Positions 1-11,435 of a stretch of 64,000 nt of DNA are shown one piece after another (position 1 is the stretch's first letter; each line of letters starts with the position of its first letter). The DNA is taken from the NCBI RefSeq assembly GCF_000372725.1, contig NW_005201732.1, positions 1 to 64,000 of the forward strand, in the 5' to 3' direction. This stretch comes from Emiliania huxleyi CCMP1516. Lineage: Eukaryota. The translations under genes were made by a program, and so were the position numbers. The notes below the pieces were generated by a model, which did not search any database, had not been told where the DNA came from, and saw nothing but the letters and a program-made list of their open reading frames with translations.

Positions 1-3000
1 AGGGGTGGCGGAGGAGAGGGAGGTGGGGCCGGAGGCGGCAAGGGTGGCGGCGGCGAGGGCGGCGGCGGCGAGGGTGGTGGCGGCGAGGGCGGCGGCGGCG
101 AGGGCGGCGGTTGTGACGGTGGCGGCGAGGGAGGCGGAGGCGAGGCTGAGTACAACCTTGTCGACGGTCCGAATCTCGGTGCCGTCAAGACCGCCGCACA
201 CCACGATGTAAATCTTGGACTCCCACGCCGCGTACGCGTTGGCGCCGCAGCCGTCGTCTATCGTCGGCTTGCGCATAGAGAAGTTGTAAGTATTCCCCTC
301 CTCCAGTGGAGGCACGAGCTGTTCGCGATAGTAGACCTCGAGCTTTTCTGGGTTCGAGTAGAAGATGGACACGAGGAGGCGCGCAGCGAGCAGGTCCGTG
401 TCATCGCCGATGCCAAACGGGAGCATCAGCCGCAAACCTTTCGGGTTGGTGCCCGTGAACGCGAGGTCGTAGCTGCGGTTGATTGCGACGGTCGTGTGGT
501 ACGTACTGAGCCGCATCAGGCAGTTGTACCCGCCGCACACTTTCGTTTCGACGTGGCCCCAGCCGCCGCCGAGGAGGTCGACGAAGCCTCCAGAGGCGAG
601 GCCTACCGGCACGAGACTTCGATGCAGCGAGTCCCTGTCCATGCTCTCGATAGTCAGGCGCGCCGGGATCATGGAGGAAGCAGTGCAGTTCCACGCGTTC
701 CAAGCGGAGATGAAGTTGCAGCCCTGCCGGTACGTGCCGTAGCCGCTGTAGGCGACCTCGGCGTGTGTCCGCCGGCTTTGGCGGCAAGATGGGTCCATGA
801 TGGCGCTCGTCGGATCGCAGGCGCGACTCTCGGATGTCTGGTAGAAGGCGCGCTCATCGCCCTCATAAAATACCATCCGGTGCCTCCAGTCGGCCTCGGT
901 TGCCGACGCCAACTCGCGTGCGGCGAGGGCCCTCCGATACGTGTAGCTCTGCCCACCCCCCGAGTAGTTTGCCCATCGCGACATGTCGTGCCCAGGGTCG
1001 GCGGGGTCGTTCAACGGCGCCGGGTCGTACAGCATCTTGGCGGGGATGTTGTACCAAGTGAACTTGCTCGGATCGGCGCGGAGCAGGTTCATGAACTCGG
1101 CGGGAGCTAGCAAGGACGTGTCGGGCCCGGATCCTGTCAGGGAGCCGTCGAGGTCGTGAAGGATGACGTGCTTGGGGCCGTCGCAGTCGAGGACGACGCA
1201 CTTGGACGGCTGGATCCAGTCGCGCTTCGGGCCCGGGAGGTAGGCCAGGTTTCCACGGCTCACTTCGTCAATCGTGATGTTGGTGAAGAACATTGGCGGC
1301 ACCGCGTCGGCGCTGTCCATGCCGCCGCGCTGCAGCGTCATCAGCACAGTGGATCTGCTGCCCGAGAAACCATAAAACGTGACGCCGGACACGCGCACGT
1401 GCGCAGCCAGCGGCGGGTCCGACCCAATCGGGTGCTTCGTGCCGTACCCACCCATCAGCCAGTGCCCTCCGAGGGGACCGCAGGTAATCGGTGAGATCGA
1501 GCCTTGGTTGCCAAAAACGGGCAGGAGAATGCCAACCTGCTCCCCGCTGCACGGGTTGCTCGCGCTCCGGCCGAGAAAGAGGGAGTCTTGTACGTGCACC
1601 GTCTGCAGGCGCACAGTGTGAGGAATGGGTGACGGCCCGATGCCGAACCACACCAGCCCAAACTTGACGTCGGCCATGCGGATGTTGCGGAGCGTGGGGT
1701 CGTCTGTGCCAGAGAAGCCCCATAGGCCAATGTGCGAAATCTGCCAGAGGGTGACGTCGCTCACTGGCTTGGATAGGCCTCCCTTGACGGCGACTCCTAA
1801 GCTGTTCGAATGGCCCGTGTTGTTGGAAAACGCGGACGGATTGAAGCCCGGGAATCCGTACGAAATGCAACCACTGCCGGCCACGGCGTTGCCGACGATG
1901 TGGGCGCTGCCGGACACCCATACGCCGGAGCAAACCTCTGAAAAGTCGAGCGCTACCATCCGTTGAGAGTACCCGAGGGCGAGATTGTTGACGAGTACGG
2001 ATCCACCTGAGATTAGGTAGGCGGAGCCCGAGTTGTGGACGACGTTGTTTGCGAGCACGCCACGCCCCATGAAGCCAGGAGGCTGCCTCCTCCAACGCCT
2101 ACCGTGGTTGGCGAGAGGGCGGCCGCCGTCAAGCCGCCTCCTTCAACCTGCACCAGGCCCTCCGCCTTGCCGTGCTCTGTCACGAGCAGAATTACATGCG
2201 ACCCCGCAAGTGGAGGCACGGTAGTGCAGGTCAGCAACGTTGCGTTGCCCCCCGTCGGGGTGCATGGCTGTCGTCCAATAAAGACCGTATTCGCGTCGGC
2301 TGGCTCGCTAAAGCCTGCGCCGTCCAGCGCGATGGTCCATGTCGACGGCGTCGCTGACGCTACAATGGCACCACTGAGCGTGGCGGTGAGCGAGGAGTCG
2401 TAGCGGTAGGAGCAGCTTCCGCTCGGCGAGCACTCTGCCAGAACGTCGCGAACCCAGAGCGAGACAGCCGCCTCAGTATCGGTGATACTCGACGCAGCGG
2501 GCGTGCCCGTGATGCAGACCGCGTGGGAGACGTTTGAAGACTGAAGCTCACACGGCGTCCCCGAGATGGACACTGCGATGTCCCCCAGCCGATCGCTCAA
2601 CCCGCTTCCAGTTATCGTGAGGGCCGTTCCTCCTCGTGCAGAGCCAGCAGCGGGGGAGACGGAGTGGACGAGCGATGCATACGCCACTTCGGCGCCCGCT
2701 AGCGCCGGAGCCAAGCCATAGGCGAGCCGACCCGCAGCTATGGCGTGCGGTGCAAAGGCGTCATGCGGTGGCAGGCGACATCGCAGCCGTCGTGCTTCGC
2801 GCGGAATGGTACACGAGCGCACCGGGCATGCCTCGTGAATGTGGTTCTCGTCGACCTCCGCCCAAATCACATCACACGGCTCGCCACCGACGAGCACCTC
2901 ATTCTCCTCTGGGATCAGGGAGAAGCCGAAGCCGACCACGGTCAGCTCGTCACCGGGCGCGCTGGAGTTTGGCGACGTACTGAGGATCACGGGGCTCTTG

Positions 3001-4150
3001 GCCAGCTCGTAGCTGTACTGACAGCCGCCAGGGGCCAGACACGCAGCCTCGCCAGCACTGCTGCGGAGCGAGATCGCCTTGGCAGTCGCTTCCACAGCCG
3101 GCGGTGGCGGAGGCGACATCGGCGGCGGTGGTAGCTCTGGAGGGCTGGGCAGTGGTGGCTTGGGCGGCGGTATGGGTGGTGGGGCTGGCGGCGTCGGTGG
3201 TGGCAACGGCGGTGGAGACGGCGTCAGGCGAGTGCCGCAGTCGCTGCAGTCCATCCCGCGGGAGCAAACCGAGAACTCCGATCCGGGTCCGCCATCATCA
3301 CAGACGCCGTCACCTGACCATCCATTGTAATCGCCGCAGTTATCCAAGCAGACTTGCGGTGGCTGCGGGGGCGGCGGTGAACTAGGCGGTGGTGGCGATG
3401 GGGGCGGGGGGGGCGACGGCGGCGACGGCGGCAATGGTGGGGGGGACGGAGACGGTGGGGGGCCTCGCGGGGCGAGCAAGTCGAGGCAGCTGGAGCCAAA
3501 GACGTACACTGAGTAGGAGGCGAAGAGCTCAACGTACACGTTCTCGTCACCGGGCGGAGCCCAGACGACAAATTCGCTTGGGTTCCCATCGCACGCTCGT
3601 AAAGACAGCCCGTCGCATCTATCCAACACGCTGCAGTACCCTATGCGCCGTCGCCGGCACAGGATGCACCGGCTTACGGCAGTGTCAGGAGGGTGAGCTG
3701 GTGGCGGCGGGGATGGGGGTGGGAGTGGCGGCGGGAGCGGAGGGGGGGGCAGGTGCGGAGGGGGACCCTCCGGCGGACTCGTGGGGGGACTGATAGGCGG
3801 ATGGAGAGGGGGTGGACGCGGAGGTGGCGCTGGGGGAGGCGGTGGCGCCGATGGCGGCAGCGGTTGCATCGGTGGCGGCGCAAAGGGTGGATCTGGAGAC
3901 GACGGAGGCGCTGGCGGCGAGGGAGGCGGCGGTGACGGTGGCGGTGGTGACGGCGGCGGTGGTGACGGTGGCGGCCAGGGGGGTGGCGGTTGTGGCGNNN
4001 NNNNNNNNNNNNNNNNNNNNNNNNNNNNNNNNNNNNNNNNNNNNNNNNNNNNNNNNNNNNNNNNNNNNNNNNNNNNNNNNNNNNNNNNNNNNNNNNNTGC
4101 GGCGGTGGCGATGGCGGCGGTGGTGATGGTGGCGGCTGCGGCGGTGGCGC

Positions 4151-4183
<33 letters not shown>

Positions 4184-7100
4184 TAGCGGCGGTGACGGCG
4201 GTGGTGGCGATGGTGGTGGTGGCGACGGCGGCGGCGGCGACGGTGGCGGAGGCGACGGCGGTGGCGGCGACGGGGGTGGTGAGGGTGGTGGTGGCGTCGG
4301 CGGCGGCGAGGGCGGCGGCGATGGCGGCGGCGGCGAGGGCGGCGGCGATGGCGGCGGCGGTGACGGGGGAGGTGGTAACGGTGGTGGCGACGGCGGTGGT
4401 GGCGACGGCGGCGGCGGCGACGGTGGTGGCGGAGATGGCGGCGGTAGGGGCGGAGGCGACGGCGGTGGCGGCGACGGCGGCGGAGAAGGGGGCGGTGAGG
4501 GTGGTGGCGGTGAGGGCGGCGGTGAGGGAGGGGGGCTTGGCGGTGGAGACGGCGGCGGTGGCGAGGGCGGTGGAGGGGATGGCGGTGGCAGGCCTGGTGG
4601 CGCCGGGTAAAACGAGTTTATCCAATCGGGTAGGAGCGCAGTGGACGGGACGATGGCAGGGATGCGGCACTGGAGGCTGGTAGGGGCAAGTGACAGGATT
4701 GCGCAAGGCGAGTCGCCCACCAGGACCTCAGCCGCTAGGCCCATTCGGTCAAAGCCGGCCCCCGTGACCGTGAGCGTGGCGCCACCCCCGACTGAGCCAG
4801 CTGAGGCGGAGAGAGTCAGCATGGCCGGTTCGATCCGAATGATGACATCGTCGGCGACCTCAGCGGCTCCGACGCCCGACACGACGGCGCTGATGCCAAA
4901 CTCGCCCAGCGGCATCGAGCCGACGGTGCAAGTGATCATGGTAGAGCTGGCATTGATCACCGGACACGGCACTGTTCCGATGTGTACCTCCGCGGGTACG
5001 GCCAAGTCCGTTCCAATGAGGCCAAGGGTCATGCCATCGTATCCGGAAGACGACGTGAGCGATGTCACCCTCGGTGCCGGCGAATGCGTAAAGGCGAGGG
5101 GCACCGTGTTGCCCAAGGGCGAGGTGAGACTCACGTTGGCGATTCCCTCGGGGTGTGGGCCAGTGATGCAACAGACCTGCGTACTGTTGACGCTTTCGAG
5201 AGCGCAGGCGGCGTCGCCAATACTAACCGCGTTTGTCTCTGCGAGCCGCTGTCCGCTCATGCAAAGCCGGAGCCCGCCAGCAGCAGAGCCCGAGACCGCA
5301 TCCAGTGCTTCCAGCAGAGGTGCGCTGGAGGAGCCGAGGAGGGTGTACGCCGACTCGATTCGGCTCGACTCGACAAGTTCATCGCTCTCGTCCCGGATGG
5401 ACACCTCAACCGCTGCCAGCACATCGTCTGGGCGTGAAGCGTCTTGCGCGGCAGTCGTTGTGCAAACAAGCTGACCCGAGGCCGTCGAGGAGGTGAGGAC
5501 CTCGCAGCCTGCAACGCTCACACTCGACGCGACGAGTGACACCGACATGCGCGCTGGGTTGTCGCTGAAGCCCGCGCCCATGATTGTGAGCAGCGTGCCT
5601 CCGGCGGCGGTGCCAGCAGTGGTCAGCACGCTGGAGACGCTCAGCACTCCCCGGACTATCAGCCCTGCAGGAGACAGCGCGTAGCCATGTGGCCGAATGC
5701 GGAGGAGTACAGGCTCGCCGGCCGAGGCGGAGCATGCTGGCATCGTGCAGGACACCTGGGAGGCGCTAGAGGAAACCAGTGGGCACGACTTGCCGCCGCA
5801 CACGGTAACAGATGGCGCCTCGACGCCCGCATCGAGATTGGTGCCGTATAGGACGAGATTCTCGCCGGCGACGAGCGCGGCGCCAGAGAGGGAGTCGATC
5901 GCAGGGACGTCCGTTCTGAAGCCGAACGAGCATGGCGACGGAGCTGATGCGTTCCAGTTGGCGTACACAGAGAGCGTGCGCTCCCTCCACGGGCCGGTCT
6001 GCTCCCCGCCACAGAGCTGGCTCGAGTCGCCCGAGCAGGGCACGTGGCATGCCTTGTCCTCTCTCTTGTCGGTGGCCAGTGGCACGCGCTCCAAGCACCG
6101 GCATCTGTGCTGCGACACCGCAATCGCTGGCCACCCGGCGCATTCCAGCGCGCACCTTCCCAGTTCGAGTTGCCCGGTCCATTCGTACACGCGGGACTGC
6201 GCAATGGACTCGCGCACAAAGCAGCCCACAAAGGCGCTGTCCCAGTCGGCGCAAACTGCTGTGCTCTGCGTCCCCACACGGACGCTTACCATCGCGTTGG
6301 GGCTGGCCGCGGTAAGGTAGCGGCCGGGGACAGGAGTGAAGCTGATGCCTCCGGGCGAGACCTCCTCCACAGATACGGTCACCTCGCCGTCGGGCGATCG
6401 AGCGAGCGTGGAGCCGTTCACAGAGAGCAGCGGGTGGTCTCCCGAGCGGAGGTACGTCACGGTGAATATTGACGTCGCGTGTCCATCGCCTCCGCGTTGC
6501 ACGAGCACCGATGAGCCGACCGCCGCGCCGATGACTGCCGCCGCCGATGTCTCACTCGCGTCCCAAGCCAGAAGGGCGCCCGACCCGACGGTCGCGCCGC
6601 CGCTGAGGCACGAGCGAGACTCGACTAGCGTCACCGTAGCCAGCACCTTTGCCTTAGGCCGAACGCCGAGCAGAGGCAGCGCCGCCTGCGTGGCGCAGCT
6701 CGCCCACGGCGCGAGCAGAGAGAGCCGGAGCACCACCATACTTTCATTGCGGCTCGTCACCTCTGCCGTCAGGCCGGCGTACGTGTCCCCCACTAATGGC
6801 AGGAACGCCGCCTCGATATCCGCCGCGCTTGCCGAACCGGCGGCGATGGGCAGCGAGCGTCGCCCCGAGAGGACGAGCTCTATTGAGGCGGCTGGGTCGG
6901 CTAAGATGCAGTCTGGCTCGAGGCACGAGAGGACAATCTCCTGCACGGGGGCAGCTGCCAAACTCTGTGCGAGCGTGATGCGCTGCACTTCGTGCGTCAC
7001 CGTCTCGCGATGGAGCTGCGATGAGACGGTGCTCGCGTGCTCGAGGCGCGATGTGGCAAATTCCTCGCACGACGCGGCGGCGGTCAGGTCATACGCGGCG

Positions 7101-8929
7101 ACATGCCGCGCGGTCTCGCACACGTTGTCATTCTTGAACCTCAAGGCTGCCGGCACGCAAATCTGCTCACGATGAGCCCCTGTCGCCCTGCCATCGACGG
7201 CTCTGCAGCAATGTGCCCGATCTGTGATGGATGAGCACGCGGTCTGCGAGCCGAGCATGACCCGACTGACGTAGGAGGTGTTGGCAGGGGCCACGCCTCG
7301 TGCAGGACACGCGGCGACGTCGGAGACTCCACGCCGGTACTCTGACGCCGCAGCCTCCGAGTCGATGCACACTGCACCGTATTCGAACGTTGTCGTCGCT
7401 GGCACGCAGAGCTTACCGTCGCTGGAGATGGACCCGCAACATTCAGCGCGGTCAGTGATGTCACTGCACGAGCCCAACCGTTTGATGCGCGCGCGCAGTC
7501 GCCGGCTCGGCAACTCAAGGCTATGCGGCGCCTCGAGGTGCAGCCTTGACGCAAGGCCGCATGTGCCGGCCGCGCCCCCCTCACAGCGCACCTCCAGGTA
7601 GTACGAGCCGTTGGCGACCACGGGAAGTCTGGCAGTGACTGGCCCATGAGCCAGAGCGTCCACCCGCCACGGCTCGGAAGCTCTCACCTCGGAGGTTCCA
7701 ACCGCAGCGATGAGGCTGAGACCGCTGGCAGCCTCGGAGCCCGACCATCGAAGCTCGGACGCGTGTGAGAGCTTCAGTGAGAAGGAGACGTGGCCGGAGA
7801 TCGGCGAGACGAACCAGCCCGCGAGGGTGGAGCCTACGACTGCACTCGGCGCCGCCCACCCCGGAGTCTCAAAGCTGTCGAGGCGGATGGAGTCTCCGTC
7901 AGAGCTGGTCCACATGACGCCGCGTTCTCCCTGCCAGGGGCCGTCGCCTCCAGCGGCGGAGGCCCGCTGCTGTACGATGCACGAGACGATCCCAGGTTTG
8001 AGCTCTGTGACCTGGCAGGTGGAGCCACCGACATCGACCGCCAGCGCCGAGGGCTCGGCGCCAAACCCGGATCCGGTCACAGTAAGCGCGGTGCCGCCCG
8101 TGACGTAGCCCGATGGCGGAGAGACGCTTGTGACTTTTGGGAGAATCTCGAGATCGAAGGTTCGTCTCTCTGCAATGTCGATGCTGCGATCGACGAGGAA
8201 GTGCCTGAGCGCCCAGCCGCGCCCAGCCTCGCTGGTGTCGAGCAGCGACACGTTGAAGAAGCCAGACGCGACATTCTCGCTAGCCTCGAGGCGGCATCCA
8301 AACGCAGAATCGCTCGAGTACGCGAGCGCAACCTCAGACCCTGCCGGCCGGGAGGCGCATCCGACGACCGCTCGTGTTGAGGACGACGTCAAGCTCGCGC
8401 GAAATGCGGGCGGTCCCACCGCGCCGCCGTTGATGCCGCGGCCGCCGAGGCGGAGGAGGCCGCCCGGCAGAATGCTGGGCGTGAAGATATCTGTAAGCCG
8501 CGGCGCGCCTCCTAGGTCGAACTGAACAAAGCAGCCGTGGTTGGCGCCACCAACGTGCCAGCAGTCGGCGTGGCGGCCGCCCTTTACCAGCCATAGCGGC
8601 ACGAGGTGCAGGTTCTGACCTGGCGCGTAAGCCTCGTCCGGTTCAGGCAGGCCATCTGGCAGCAACGTGCAGTGCAGGCGGCGGTTGCTGGAGGTGAAGC
8701 CCTCGAGCTCGCACCGGCCGGTGCCACCGACGCCCAGCAGAATAGTCGGCGGGTTGAATGGATCGCCCAGGTTTGCCCCGGAAATGTAGAGCGAGGCGCC
8801 GCCGCCCGGCGAGAGGTGGGTCAGCTCACGCTCTGAGGGGCCAGTGACCCGGTTGACGACGGCAGCGTGAGGTCCGGAGAGGAAGAGGAGGAGGAGCAGG
8901 CCTGGCGTGGCCTGTGCTGCCTGGCGCAT
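1..8929 (-). CDS. Fibrocystin-L/PKHD1L1-like large secreted or surface protein (IPT/TIG repeats, PA14-like, WSC, Ser-Pro repeats, PbH1/C-terminal fibrocystin region); reading frame broken; continues past window start
   Basis: Signal peptide (MRQAAQATPGLLLLLFLSGPHA). Many TIG motifs (e.g. VTSVSPPSGYVTGGTALTVTGSGF). WSC motif (FVGCF...CHVPCSGDSSQLCGG). An unlisted open frame from ~2075 to ~145 reads CVVLDCDGPKHVILHDLDGSLTG, RLSTYHTTV and FYSNPEKLEVYY, typical of the fibrocystin-L C-terminal part. Gap at 3998-4097; frame shifts near 2080 and 145. Confidence 0.75.
3690..4605 (-). repeat. Extensin-like (Ser-Pro3-4)n coding low-complexity repeat spanning the gap
   Basis: GGC/GGT/GAC repeats translating to PPPSPPPPSPPP on the minus strand. 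Similar tracts occur at 1-145 and 3100-3450. Confidence 0.9.
3998..4097. other. Assembly gap (100 N)
   Basis: Run of N inside the Pro-rich repeat. Confidence 1.
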
Positions 8930-9295
8930 GGCTGTGCACGCACGTCCAGCGGCGCGCGGTTTGTCGTTTCGCTGTTACATTTCGCTGGACGCGTCATTCG
9001 ATCTCGGGTTTCAGGTCACAAAAGCGACTACATGTACCTCGTACTTCCGTTCGTCCGACTCATCCCGCCACCCTCGCGCCTCGGCATACAAGGGGCAAGG
9101 CCATGGCCCATGGGACCCCAAATGCTACCAACATTCAACATAATTACTCATAGAGGTTAGAGCCGGGTCGCGACATACCATTTTTAACATCTTGAGCTCG
9201 TATGTATCGTATGGATGTTTGTTCGATCGACGTTTAAGGCCAACACGCACTCGCAACCCTCTCGCGCCCCTCCACGCTCACAGTCACAGCCACAC

Positions 9296-10092
9296 TCAGT
9301 CCCTTTTGGACTCTCGCTGCTCCCCGGCCGGGTCGAGCGCGCCGGCCAGCTCGACCGAGTACGAGGCGAAGAAGGAGGCGACGCAGAGCACGAGGCAGTA
9401 CTGCTGCAGCCCGCCTGCGTCCGCCTCGGAGAGCGAGAGGACGCGCCGCGCGGGCGAAGCCGGGTGGAGCAGGAAGGCGGCGGGCAGCGGGAAGACGCTC
9501 GTGACGGCGCATGCGCCCTTGAAGAGCGCGCTTCGCCAGCCGACCCGGTACGAGAGCGGCGAGGCTGGCGGGGCCGTCACGCACAGCCGCATCCAGAGGG
9601 CCATGTGCGCGATCGCCGCTGCGAAGAAGACGGCGGCGGCGCTCTGGTGCAGCACCGAGTCGGCCCCGAGTCGCGCCTCCCCGCGCATCACCGCGGGCAC
9701 GTCGCGCTGCAGCGGCACCGCGCCGACGACCGCGAGTCCGGCAAAGGCGGCGGCGCTGGTCGCCACGAGGCCGGGGTGCGCGGCGCCGGTGACGCGGCGG
9801 AGGTCTCGGAAAAACGCCGGCGCAACGCAGCCAAAGAGGAGCGACACGGCGGGGAACGCGACCTGACCGAGGGTTCTGCCCGGGCCGTCGTACATCAGCA
9901 GCGAGATTGGAGGCGTCACGACGCGGCCACCGCCCACAGAGACCTATCAGACATATCGTGGATCGCTGGCATGTCGAGCTTCCCGGGAGCACGGGCTCTT
10001 GGCCGAACCGGCGGAGAGAGTGCGTAGGCGGCAGCGATGGCGGTGGAGGCGACAAGGAGGATGCACGGCGGCAAGCAGGCGATCGGCCGCAT
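9296..10092 (-). CDS. Frag1/DRAM/Sfk1-like multi-pass membrane protein (2 exons; intron 9944-10008)
   Basis: Exon 1 (MRPIACLPPCILLVASTAIAAAYALSPP) joins in frame through a GT-AG intron to VSVGGGRVVTPPISLLMYDG. About 6 hydrophobic helices, with LHQSAAAVFF and a terminal QYCLVLCVASFFASYSVEL, as in this family. Confidence 0.6.
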
Positions 10093-10204
10093 CGCAGTCA
10101 GTTCTTCGGTTCTTGTTCGTGCCAGTCCGAGCCAGTCAGCTGTGGAGGGCTTGTTGTGTCCGGCATACTCTGGGTTCGCCCCTTGGCTGCGGAGGGTGTG
10201 TCCG

Positions 10205-10309
10205 TGCTCTATCTTCTCTCTCTCTATATCTTCTCTCTCTCTGTGTCTTCTGTCTCTCTTTCTCTCTCGCTCTCTCTCTCTCTCACTCTCTCTCTCTCTC
10301 TCTCTCTCT

Positions 10310-10400
<91 letters not shown>
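10205..10400. repeat. (CT)n microsatellite followed by poly-C
   Basis: Directly visible. Confidence 0.98.
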
Positions 10401-10401
<1 letters not shown>

Positions 10402-11435
10402 CCCCCCCCCCTGCAGGTGAAAAATCGCACGACCTCCCACCTTACCCTTGCCTCGAATCGCAAAACGATCGTTCCGGAAGAGAGAGAGAGAGCCGCGGGG
10501 TTGCTCGGAGTACTTTTCCCTCGAAGAGCACTTGGAGACCTAAGAGAGAGATTTTGAGCAATACCATTATACCAAACAACTCTAACACTCACACGTCATT
10601 TGGGGCCTGGAGCCCTGGCATTTAAAGGTTGTTGGCCCTGTTCACGCGCGCGCGAGACGTGCAGACAGGGTTGCCAGGTGAGAGCGAATGGCGCGGTTCA
10701 CGCCTCGCACAACAGAGAGAGAGATGCGCTCTGCATGGTGGGACATAAAAGAGAGCGAGTATTTGGGCGAGTAGGCCGTGCGGTCGACGCTGCCGCGCGC
10801 GACTTTGCGCGCGAGGCGGCGCAGCTTGAGAACGGCGGTGGGCGAGAAGCCGCCGAACGTTGAGACCTATTCCCCCCCCCCCGTCCCCCTCGGACACGTC
10901 CCTCCCTGTCCTCTCGACTCGTTCCTCTACTTATATACATACTCTTGGAGCACTTGGAGTGCAGTCGGTAACCTCACATACTCGAGTAGTAGTTTTTTGG
11001 CGTTCCGGTGCCTACAAAAAATATCCGAGATCTGGAGCTGACCACAAGGGTTTGTGGCGATCACTGACTTACAGCGGACATAGTGGGCCGCGGACATAAT
11101 GACCTTAAATACATAATAAGAGAGAACTGGGAGAGAGAGAGAACTGTTGTCATAATACAGTCGTAAGTAGTTTTGTCAAATCTCTGAACAAACAACAAGA
11201 AACCTCTGTGAGGGTTTTTTGTTGGTTTTCAAAAATGTCTTCCCACCAATCTTCTCACACTCTCTCTCAGCTATCTCACACAAACAAAGTCGGTAACGCT
11301 CGGCCTGTGACATCGTCCCTCAGCGGCCCAACGAATTTTAGAATTTTCGTGGTGTACTCGCGAAAAAAAATTTTTTGTTGGCGGCGCCTTGGCATCGCCA
11401 TCAGCTCGGCGCGGCGGGTGAGGGAGGGGTGAGAG

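Noticed and set aside
9916..10592. (RE)n / (SL)n ORFs
   Set aside because: Translations of the CT microsatellite.
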